64,000 nt of DNA from an uncultured Verrucomicrobiae bacterium (GTDB lineage: Bacteria; Verrucomicrobiota; Verrucomicrobiia; Chthoniobacterales; UBA10450), in contig CAVYXA010000001.1 in assembly GCA_963772365.1 (NCBI GenBank), positions 1,152,001 to 1,216,000 on the forward strand, given 5' to 3'. Of the stretch, positions 11,026 to 19,944 are shown piece by piece; the first letter of the stretch is position 1; the number at the start of each line of letters is the position of its first letter. The notes under the pieces are model-generated. The model was not told where the DNA came from, searched no databases, and saw only the letters and a list, made by a program, of their open reading frames with translations. The position numbers and the translations under genes are program-made.

Positions 11026-13290
11026 ATGGTAAACCAATGGCGATTTGTGATGGGAACTTTTCTCGTCCTCGGTTCACTCCTGCTGGTCGGAGCGGCTATC
11101 GGTTCTTCTCAGAGGAGCGAAACAATTCTGCCTCAAGATTCCGCCACAAGCGGCAAGATCGCATCCTGGGTTCTGGAACATACGGCCGACGGCAAAGAAG
11201 CGGAATTTATTGTCGTGCTCGCGGACCAGGCTTCGCTTGCTCCGGCGTCGGCGCTAACAACCAAAGCGGAAAGAGGCCGATTCGTCCGCGATACTTTGTG
11301 GCAAAAAAGTCAACAAACCCAAGCTCCGATCATTGGCTGGCTCGAAGCTCACAACGTTGAGTATCGCTCATTTTACATCGTCAATGCGCTTTGGGTAAAG
11401 GGCAGCCGAGAAACCGCGGAGGCGCTGGCAGCTCGCGCCGATGTCGCCAGAGTTGAAGGAAATCCCAGAGTTCCACACGTCGTGCAGGCCGCGGCAGTCG
11501 AGTCTGCGACACAGCCGAACGAGCCTGTGACAGTCGAACCCGGCATCAGTTACACGCATGCCCCTCAGGTATGGGCCGAGGGTCATACTGGGCAAGGAAT
11601 TGTGATTGGCGGAGCCGATACCGGGATTCGCTGGACACACCACGCGTTGAAGTCGCACTACCGTGGCTGGAATGGAACAACTGCCAGTCACGACTATAAC
11701 TGGCACGACAGCATCCACTCCGGCGGGGGCGTTTGCGGCCATAATACGAGCGCACCTTGCGACGATGACGGCCACGGCACAAATACAATTGGGGTTGCGG
11801 TTGGCGATGATGGCCAGGGAAATCAAATCGGAATGGCGCCCGGAGCAAAATGGATTGGTTGCAGAAATATGAACCAGGGCGTCGGCACACCAGCCAGTTA
11901 CATGGAGTGCATGGAATTCTTTCTCGCTCCGTATCCCGTGAATGGGAACCCTTCGCAGGGAGATCCGAACAAAGCTCCCGATGTCACAGTTAATTCGTGG
12001 ATCTGTCCAAGTTCGGAAGGTTGTTCCATTAGCACTTTACGAGCAGCTGTCGAAGCGCAGCGCGCGGCCGGGCTAATGATGGTGGCAGCCGCGGGCAACG
12101 ACGGCTCGAATTGTTCTTCTCTCTTTGATCCGCCGGCAATTTACGCCGCCTCATACACTGTCGGTGCGCTAACCACTGGGACCGACGTCGCTGCACCCTC
12201 TAGTAGCCGTGGACCCGTGACAGTGGATGGAAGCAATCGGATCAAGCCCGATATCATGGCGCCCGGAGTGAATATCCGGACGTGCGCCGGCAGTTCTGAC
12301 ACCGGTTACCTGACCAATAGTGGAACGTCTCTCTCTACTCCCTTTATCGCCGGAGCGGTGGCTTTGCTCTGGTCGGCCCGGCCTGCATTGAAAAACAATA
12401 TCGACGCCACCACTGCAGCATTGGATGAGTCTGCCGTCCACATCTCTTCCACCGTATGTGACAATGGCGTGCAACATACGCCTAACAACACTTATGGGTA
12501 TGGGCGAATCGATATTCTCGCCGGCGTAAACGAATCAACACCGAGCGATCCCACCCGCCCGGATTTCAACAGAGACGGACATCCCGATTACCTCCTTTCG
12601 GCAACTCTTCAAACCGCCGTTTGGTACATGGACAACAATGCGTTTCTCTCCGTGGAACACGGACATAATATCCCGAACGGATGGCAACTCATCGACGCAA
12701 ATGATGTCGATCGAGACAACCAACTTGATTACATTTTTTTCAACCCCGGAACTCGCGAGACAGCCATTTGGTATCTATCGGGACTCAGCGTTCGCACCAG
12801 CAAACACGGCCCAAGATTGCCTGGCAACTGGACTCTGGTCGCGGCCAGAGATTTCAACGGCGACAATAAACCGGATTTCGTTCTCTACGACTCAAGCACT
12901 CGTCAGACCGGAATTTGGTACCTGGACGATAATAGATTTGTCGGAAGCGCCTACGGACCGACTTTGCCCGTAGCTTGGAATTTGATCGCGACCGAAGATT
13001 TTAACCGCGACGGGAACCCGGATTACCTTCTTTATAGGCCTTCATCTCATCAATCGGCGATCTGGTACTTATCCGGAGCCCATTACGCGGGCGGAGTTTT
13101 CGGACCGACAGTTGCCGGTGGCTACCAATTAACCGGCGCAGCCGATTTTGATTCGGACAACAGGTTCGATTACCTGCTCTATTCCCCGACGAGCAGGCGA
13201 ACAGCCATTTGGTATTTAAATATTAATGCGTTCGTTAACAGCGCATATGGACCAACTCTGCCTGCTGGCTGGAACCTGGTTACACCATAG
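11026..13290 (+). CDS. Secreted S8 subtilisin-like peptidase with C-terminal FG-GAP/VCBS-like repeats
   Basis: Catalytic DTG, HGT and SGTSLSTP; repeated DFNRDGxPDY motifs. Confidence 0.92.
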   Translation: MVNQWRFVMGTFLVLGSLLLVGAAIGSSQRSETILPQDSATSGKIASWVLEHTADGKEAEFIVVLADQASLAPASALTTKAERGRFVRDTLWQKSQQTQAPIIGWLEAHNVEYRSFYIVNALWVKGSRETAEALAARADVARVEGNPRVPHVVQAAAVESATQPNEPVTVEPGISYTHAPQVWAEGHTGQGIVIGGADTGIRWTHHALKSHYRGWNGTTASHDYNWHDSIHSGGGVCGHNTSAPCDDDGHGTNTIGVAVGDDGQGNQIGMAPGAKWIGCRNMNQGVGTPASYMECMEFFLAPYPVNGNPSQGDPNKAPDVTVNSWICPSSEGCSISTLRAAVEAQRAAGLMMVAAAGNDGSNCSSLFDPPAIYAASYTVGALTTGTDVAAPSSSRGPVTVDGSNRIKPDIMAPGVNIRTCAGSSDTGYLTNSGTSLSTPFIAGAVALLWSARPALKNNIDATTAALDESAVHISSTVCDNGVQHTPNNTYGYGRIDILAGVNESTPSDPTRPDFNRDGHPDYLLSATLQTAVWYMDNNAFLSVEHGHNIPNGWQLIDANDVDRDNQLDYIFFNPGTRETAIWYLSGLSVRTSKHGPRLPGNWTLVAARDFNGDNKPDFVLYDSSTRQTGIWYLDDNRFVGSAYGPTLPVAWNLIATEDFNRDGNPDYLLYRPSSHQSAIWYLSGAHYAGGVFGPTVAGGYQLTGAADFDSDNRFDYLLYSPTSRRTAIWYLNINAFVNSAYGPTLPAGWNLVTP

Positions 13291-13302
13291 TCTTGGTGCG
13301 AG

Positions 13303-13632
13303 CTAAGACACTCCGCACGAGTTTTCGCAGATCCAACGCAGATAATCGGGGAGTCCGTTGTCGATTTTGAAAGCGATAATCTCGGGCAGCTCGTAGGGAT
13401 GCAGTGACCGCAGTTTCTCTTGAAATGCGGATTGTCGATCCTCGCTCAATTTGAAGAAGACGAGCGTTTCGCTTCCAGTTTCAATCTTGCCTTTCCATCG
13501 GTAGATCGATTCGATCTGCGGCAAAATGTTCGCGCAGGCCGCGAAGTTTTCGCTGACAAGTTGCTTTGAGATTCGGCGCGCTGTCTCAACGTCTGGAAAT
13601 GTGCTCAATGCGAGCAACGCCCGGCTAGCCAT
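13303..13632 (-). CDS. cutA: Divalent-cation tolerance protein CutA (copy 1)
   Basis: AACANILP.IESIYRWKGKIE..LHPYELPEI. Confidence 0.92.
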   Translation of the reverse strand: MASRALLALSTFPDVETARRISKQLVSENFAACANILPQIESIYRWKGKIETGSETLVFFKLSEDRQSAFQEKLRSLHPYELPEIIAFKIDNGLPDYLRWICENSCGVS

Positions 13633-13637
13633 CGCAA

Positions 13638-14390
13638 TCAAGCGAGAACCGCCGACTCGCGCCGGCAAATCCATCCGCCACCGACCACAATGTCGCCAGC
13701 ATACACGACCGCAGCCTGCCCCGGCGTCACCGCGCGCTGGGGATCGTGGAGGGAAATGCGAGCGCGATCATTTTCCAATGGCGTTATCATCGCTTTCGTT
13801 CCGGGATGGCTGTAGCGAATCTTCACCGTGGCCTCGAACGACGAGCCGGGATTATCCCCGCCAAGCGCCGGTGTTCGGTCGCCTCTCCCCTCGAAAGGGA
13901 GAGGGTAGGGTGAGGGTTTGGAACTTCGACCTTCTTGCATTGAAGAAATCCTCACCTCCCGCCTTCGCTCGGCTACGGCGTGGCAGGCAATCCTCTCCCC
14001 TTCATTAAGGGGAGAGGCGGAAACGTGTCCGCTATGGGTCACTTCAACATGCGAATGCCAGTTCACGCGATCAATTTCGAATTCGTCCACAACCAGATCG
14101 TCGGCGTCGCCCACGATGACGCGATTCGTTGCCGGGTCGAGATCTACCACATAGCGCCGCTGCGCGGATCCACCGGGAAGACCTTTGCGTTGGCCGATCG
14201 TGAATAGCTCGAGACCACCATGTTCACCCAGAAATTCTCCTGAGCGGTCGTAGATACCGCCGCGATGAAATTTATCTTCGCCAAGATGCGCGCGCAGAAA
14301 CGCTTTGTAATCGTTGCCGGGCACAAAACAGATTTCCTGACTGTCAACCTTGTCTGCCACTTTTAGCCCTAACGATGCGCGATCTCGCGG
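13638..14390 (-). pseudogene. mnmA: 5'-truncated mnmA copy (C-terminal part only) with in-frame REP insertion
   Basis: Matches 23078-23640 from REIA/SLGLKVADK onward; lacks the SGGVDS N-terminus; about 61 extra residues between VNWH and FEATVK. Confidence 0.9.
13882..14020. repeat. Family D REP pair with a nested 30-bp family G palindrome
   Basis: cctctcccc..gggagagggtagggtgaggg and aatcctcacctc[ccgccttcgctcggctacggcgtggcaggc]aatcctctcccc..ggggagagg. Confidence 0.8.
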
Positions 14391-14492
14391 GTTTGCGCAC
14401 GGCAATCATGCCAGAGGCCCGAGACGGGTCGAGCTTTTCAGCGTAATTCACCGCAATGGCGGCCACAGATCGATGGCTACAACGGACCAGCT

Positions 14493-17400
14493 CTAGGGCA
14501 ACCCGGTGCCGAGGTGAGATTTGATGATCGACACGTCCGTCGAGTTGATAGCCCCGTTAGCATTTACATCCGAGCGGAAATTCGTCTCGTCGAGCAGGTG
14601 CCCAACTCGCGATTTGGTCTGCGCGACATCGCTGGAATTCACGGAGCCATTGTCGTTTGTGTCGCCAATCAGGATGTTCATCGGGATGCTGACGTCGGTC
14701 GCGGGTCTATCCGCTGCGCTGTTTACGCCGTTTATCCGGACATTGATCGTCTGGGCATTGGCAATGTTGGTCAGCGGAACGGTAACGATATTGCCGCTGA
14801 CGGTGACATTGCCGCTGCACGCACCGCCAATTCCTACGCAACCCGTGCCACTGATAACTTCGGCCTGCGGGCTGCCGGTCACGCTCACGTTACCGGAGAA
14901 GGTGGCCACCATCGTGTAATCGTTGGTCGCGCCTCCAGTGCGGTCTTCGATTCCCGGTGTGCCGGTAAGCGGCAGATCGATATCGAAATCACCGGCGGCG
15001 CCGTGCGTTTTTCGCGAAACTGCACTGAGCAATTCTGTCGGGCAATCCAGCGTCAGCACCAAGTCGGTCACGGGCGGTGGGATTTGTAGCACGCCTGTCT
15101 CAACTACTCCGTTGCAGCCGTCTTTTTCGGCGCGCACTTTGTAAAACCCGGAGAGTACATCCCAGCCGAAATGGCCGTCGGAGTCAGTCATATCGGGGTT
15201 GTGCCGGTTGCCAGGAGACATGACGGCGCTGCCATCGGGCACGATATCGAACGGACCCATTGGTGTGTCCGAGCGAAAGAGCGTTACAGTCGCGCCTGAG
15301 ACGGGTGCGCCATGATTATCCCGCACTGTGCCGCTCGGATCGATGTACAAATCGAAGCCGATTGTGATGGTGCTGCCGCCGCAATCTATCGTCATCGACA
15401 CTGTAGCAGCGCCATGCGCAGGGAAGAGCGCCGGAACTGATGCTGTAAAAGTGCCGCTCCCTGGCGGTGTCTCCGTCATCGGACCGCTGGCGAAGATTGA
15501 AAATCCGCGAGAGATAATATACGACGCTGTCCCGTTCGGGCAGCCGGTTGTAGTGAGGGTGAGGGGCGATTGCCAGTAGACAGTCGGCACACCGCCGCCG
15601 CCGTTATTGTGCGGCTCGATGTCAGTTCCAGACGGAGGCGGAGCCGGTGCTTGCAACATCAGGTCTTGGTTCGTGAGCGCGCTGCTACAGCTCTGCACCG
15701 AGAGATCAAGAAGTTCCCCCGGCACGGCGACCGACCCTTGCGGCGGGAAGACGGTCAGATCGAAAGGTGTATTGAGCGGCAGGCCGGTAATCTGGTAATT
15801 ACCGGCGGCATCCGTTGTCGCGTTGAAGGAACACGGGCCATTGTTAGGCTCGCAGGCCTGCACGAGCGCGCCTTGGAGTGGGCCTTGCGCGTCTGTGATT
15901 TGCCCAGATATCACCCCGCAAAAATTAGGCGATGGCGATTTGCACTTGCCTGCGATACCAGCGTTGAAGATGGCTTGGACTTCCGATTGCGTCAGCGCGC
16001 GATCAAAGACTTCCACTTCGTCGATCAACCCAATGAACGGCTCAAGCCTCGTGTTCGATTGCAAGTTGCCGATGCTGACTCCGGGGTTCGCGCCCGTGAG
16101 GGTGCCAAACGGCCTGACATTCGTCGTCGTTTGGGCAGCGGAGATGCCGTTGAGATAAAGCGTCATGATGCCCGTGGCGTCATCGAGCGTGCCGGCAACG
16201 TGCACGAATTGGTTCAGCGGCAGTGGCGCTTGGACAGATGCGCTGTTTCCGACGGCGTCGCTGACTTGGAAATAAACATTACTGCCGACCATGCGCAGGG
16301 TGTACGGATCGAGATTAGGGCGGTCGTCGCCGCGGAAAATGATGTCGCCGATGCCATTTGGCGGGGTGGAAGCGGCGTTGACCCAGGCATCGAGTGTCAG
16401 GGAAGCGGTGATGGCGAGGCTGGGAGAATCTGCGATGAACACGCGCTCGGAACCGCCAGTGAACTGGAATGCCTGGTCCACTTCTCCAGGAGCGAAGGTG
16501 GCACCATTCATGAGCGTGCCATTATTGCCGCCTTGAATATCAACTGCGTTGCCATCGCCCGGATACCATCCAACCATGTTCGGTGGCGGCGTGACGCAGC
16601 CCGGCACAATGGTTATCGAGTAAGCTCGCTGCGCTGTCGTGTTGTTCGCGTCTGTGACTTGAACAGTAAAGTTAGAACTACCTGTTGCCTGCGGCGTGCC
16701 GGTAATCATGCCGCCACTCGACAAACTAAGACCTGGCGGTAATGAGCCGTTGCTGACCGTAAAAGTGTATGGGGGGGTTCCTGCCCCAGCAGTAATAGTC
16801 TGCGTGTAAGGCAATCCCATAGCTCCATCGGGCAATGAGGTGGGCTGGATGACAAGTGCAGGTTTGCACTGCCCGGCGCCCCCGGCATTGAAGATGGCTT
16901 GGATCTCTGAGGCGCTGAGGGCCCGGTTGAAGTATTGCGCTTCGTCGATCAGGCCGTTGAAAAAGCGCGTAAGAGTGCCACCGCCCCAGGCCACTCCGAT
17001 ATCCACGCTGCGGGTGTTGTTAGCGGGAGGTGTACTGAAAAACAAGCGTGTTCTGCAATACCCCATCTTCGTAAATCATGATCTCAGTGCCGGTCCAGAC
17101 TCCGGCGAGATGATGCCATTGGCCATCCAAAATGCTGGCCTGGGTGCTGGATCCGTGGAAGTCGTTGCTGCCGCTGCCTCCTGTTCCGTAAAAGAAATAC
17201 GCAGTGCCGTCGGGGTTTGTTTGGATTGCCCAACCTGTGCTGTCCGTGAAGCCATGAGACTTGTCGATAATGAGCGATTGAGCACTCGTTTGCTGTGAAT
17301 TGGCGTTGATCCACACGTCCACACTAAAAGGCCCGGTCGGGTTGAAGTTGTCATTATTTGGTACGGAGACGTAGGCGTCCGTGCCGTTCAAACCAAATGC

Positions 17401-17616
17401 CTCACCTACTTTGCCCGTCGGAAAAGTTACGCCACCATGCGCTGTGCCGTTGTTGTCACCTTGATAGTCAAGGGCGTTTCCGTCGCCCGTCCACCACGCT
17501 ACCAAATCGGAGGGCGGCGGGATGCAGGCCTGCCCGTGCGGCGAGCGCCGGGCGAGTCCAACGCTCGTTAACGTGAGAGTGATGAGGATCAATTTTAGGA
17601 GTTGATTCACTTTCAT
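14493..17616 (-). pseudogene. Large secreted protein (LamG x2, Ig-like, carboxypeptidase-regulatory-like, C-terminal dockerin-like), frameshifted
   Basis: Signal peptide MKVNQLLK.. in ORF 17020-17616. LamG continues in the next frame (FSTPPANN..LIDEAQYFNRALS). One extra base in the A5 run at 17038-17042. Ends GDTNDNGSVNSSD..SDVNANGAINSTD. Confidence 0.85.
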
Positions 17617-17722
17617 AATTTTGTCTTTCACCGAGTAACCGTGCGATCCGGCGGCCAAACTGGACAAAGTTTCCAAAAATACTTCACCTTTCCCCTGTAA
17701 ACGGGTAAGATCGGCGCTCCCA

Positions 17723-17842
17723 AATGAGCATTGCCCCACCAAAGAGGTCACGCGTGTCCTTGAGGAATGGAATCTGGGCGCCGAAGACGCGCCCGCGCAG
17801 CTTATGCCATTTGTCTATGAAGAGCTGCGCCCTCGCGCGTAA
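17723..17842 (+). pseudogene. Remnant of ECF sigma factor 5' end
   Basis: Diverged copy of 18514-18630 (..cttatgccatttgtctatgaagagctgcgc) with a 1-bp deletion, then truncation. Confidence 0.85.
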
Positions 17843-17938
17843 TCCTGTTTTTTGTGGTTAAGAGAGATAACAGATGCTAGTCTCTGCCCGCGTAAACACG
17901 ATTGCGAAAATCAAGATCGCAGCTCTAGAACGGATCAG

Positions 17939-18166
17939 GTGAAGACGCTCAAGTTCATCGTAGAGAAACATCGGGACGGTTATGTAGCCTACCCTCTTGG
18001 GCTAAAAGGCGCCGTCGTCGGTCAAGGCGACACGTATGAATCAGCGCTGGCCGATGCTAAATCAGCCGCCGCGTTTCATATCGAAAGCTTCGGAAAAGAA
18101 GTCTTCGAGAGTGAGGACGAGGTGATGGAAGCCTTTGTCGCTGAAGCATCGCTCGGCGCGGGATGA
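17939..18166 (+). CDS. hicB: HicB-like antitoxin
   Basis: FIVEKHRDGYVAYPLGLKGAVVGQGDTYESALAD (HicB N-terminal fold); overlaps toxin start. Confidence 0.8.
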   Translation: MKTLKFIVEKHRDGYVAYPLGLKGAVVGQGDTYESALADAKSAAAFHIESFGKEVFESEDEVMEAFVAEASLGAG

Positions 18167-18399
18167 AGTTTCCGGTTGACGCGCCAAAAGGAAAAGTCAT
18201 CCAGGCGTTGCGCGCGCTCGGTTTCGAAATCGTTCGGGAACGTGAACACATCTCGATGGTCCGAACAAATGCCGATGGCACCCGTAATCCGCTCACCATG
18301 CCAAACCATCCCAGAATAAAAGCTTCAACCCTTCGCACGATCTGCTCGCAATCAGGTATATCACGCAGCGATTTCTTGCGCGCTTTTTACGACCGATGA
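18163..18399 (+). CDS. hicA: HicA-family toxin
   Basis: VIQALRALGFEIVREREHISM..LTMPNHPRIKASTLRTICSQSGI. Confidence 0.85.
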   Translation: MKFPVDAPKGKVIQALRALGFEIVREREHISMVRTNADGTRNPLTMPNHPRIKASTLRTICSQSGISRSDFLRAFYDR

Positions 18400-18513
18400 C
18401 GCACGCGAGACTGCGCGACGACTGTTAACCGTGCGATCCGGGGGCCAAACTGGACAAAGTTTCCAAAAATGCTTCCCCTTTCTCCTGTAAACGGGTAAGA
18501 TCGGCGCTCCCAA

Positions 18514-19095
18514 ATGAGCATTGCCCCCACCGAAGAGGTCACCCGCATTCTTCAAGAGCGGAATCTAGGTGACCAGGGTGCGGCAGCGCGGCTTATGCCA
18601 TTTGTCTATGAAGAGCTGCGCCGGCGCGCGGCGGAATATCTACGGCGTGAACGACCCGACCATACATTACAAGCAACCGCGCTCGTCCATGAAGCTTATT
18701 TGAAACTGGTCGATCAAAGCCGGGCGAGCTGGAAGAACCGGGCGCACTTTGGCAGCGTCGCCGCCCACCTGATGCGGCGCATTCTGGTGCAGCACGCTCG
18801 CAGTCACAATGCGGAAAAGCGCGGCGGGAAATTGGAAAAGCTTTATCTCGATGAAACAAGGGAGCTGTCGTGCGAGCGCCCGCCCGAGCTGCTTGCGTTG
18901 GATGAAGCGCTGGAAAGTTTCACCGCCACTTATCCCCGCGAAGGTCACGTGGTTGAGCTGAAGTTCTTCGGCGGTCTCGAAGCGAATGAAATCGCGGAAG
19001 TACTCAACGTCTCGGCGAAAGCGGTTTCACGGGATTGGCATTTTGCAAAGCTGTGGCTCCGGCGCGAGCTAAGGGAAAGCGCGGCCCATGCCTGA
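18514..19095 (+). CDS. ECF sigma-70 factor, Ser/Thr-kinase-associated type
   Basis: LMPFVYEELRR, HTLQATALVHEAYLKL, VVELKFFGGL..EIAEVLNVS..V.RDW.FAK.WL. Confidence 0.92.
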   Translation: MSIAPTEEVTRILQERNLGDQGAAARLMPFVYEELRRRAAEYLRRERPDHTLQATALVHEAYLKLVDQSRASWKNRAHFGSVAAHLMRRILVQHARSHNAEKRGGKLEKLYLDETRELSCERPPELLALDEALESFTATYPREGHVVELKFFGGLEANEIAEVLNVSAKAVSRDWHFAKLWLRRELRESAAHA

Positions 19096-19427
19096 CGAGC
19101 AAATTGTAGGGCAGGCGCATCGCCTGCCGTGTATTTAGCTTTGGCAACCGGAGCAGTCGCCCTACAATCGTTCGGTAACAATCATCGCCATGGGTCATCC
19201 ACCGCGAATTCCTGTCTGGCTACAATGGGATCAGCGAGCTTTGGCTCCGGCGCGAGCTAAGGGAAAGCGCGGCCCATGCCTGATGCGCAAATTGTAGGGC
19301 AGGCGCATCGCCTGCCGTGTATTTAGCTTTGGCAACCGGAGCGGTCGCCCTACAATCGTTCGGTAGCAATTATCGCCATGGGTCATCCACCGCGAATTCC
19401 TGTCTGGCTACAATGGGATCAGCGAGC
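19049..19427 (+). repeat. 188-bp tandem duplication (ECF 3' end + REP doublet + RAYT 5' end)
   Basis: RAYT start atgggtcatcc occurs at 19190 and 19378; REP doublets at 19103-19168 and 19291-19356; about 6 differences between copies. Confidence 0.92.
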
Positions 19428-19812
19428 CGTCTATTTCATCACCTTCTGTGTCGCCCATCGCGCGAAGGTCTTGGACAACGAGGAAACTTTTCGCGCATTT
19501 AAATCTGCCGTTTCGAAACTGCGCGGTTGGTCCGTCGCTGGGGCCATCTTAATGCCAGATCATGTCCATCTTCTTGCCGCACCTCAGGCAGATCGTGAGG
19601 CGAAGGTCGGCGATCTGGTTGGCGCTCTAAAACGCTGGACGCGACAAACGTTAAATGCCCGCTGGCAATGGCAGCCAGGCAGCTTCGATCGTCTTCTGCG
19701 TCGGGACGAATCAGCTTATGAAAAGTGGCTGTATGTTGAAGAGAATCCTGTGAGGGCGGGCTTGGTTAAGCGATCACACGATTGGCCATACCGTATCGGC
19801 TTTGATGAATGA
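19378..19812 (+). mobile_element. rayT: REP-associated tyrosine transposase (RAYT, IS200/IS605 Y1 HUH family)
   Basis: YFITFC, MPDHVHLL (HUH), WQPGSFDRLLR, YVEENPVRAGLV; flanked by family A REPs. Confidence 0.9.
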
Positions 19813-19818
19813 AAGTTT

Positions 19819-19936
19819 GGCAACCGGAGCGGTCGCCCTACAATCATTGCCCTCAAGAAGCCACGACATTTGTAGGGCGGGCGCATCGCCTGCCGTCTAA
19901 TTTGGTCTCGGCAACCGGGAGCGTTTGCCCTACAAT
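19819..19936. repeat. Family A REPs downstream of RAYT (single plus doublet)
   Basis: ggcaaccggagcggtcgccctacaat (19819-19844); ttgtagggcgggcgcatcgcctgcc..gccctacaat (19870-19936). Confidence 0.88.
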
Positions 19937-19944
19937 TGCGACCA

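Noticed and set aside
15570..16742. 390-aa plus-strand ORF and similar long shadow ORFs (24775-25608, 4375-5025, 40987-41625)
   Set aside because: Antisense to well-supported genes and without motifs; expected in GC-rich DNA.
19103..19936. CRISPR array
   Set aside because: The repeats are palindromic REP doublets with irregular spacing, no unique equal-length spacers and no cas genes.
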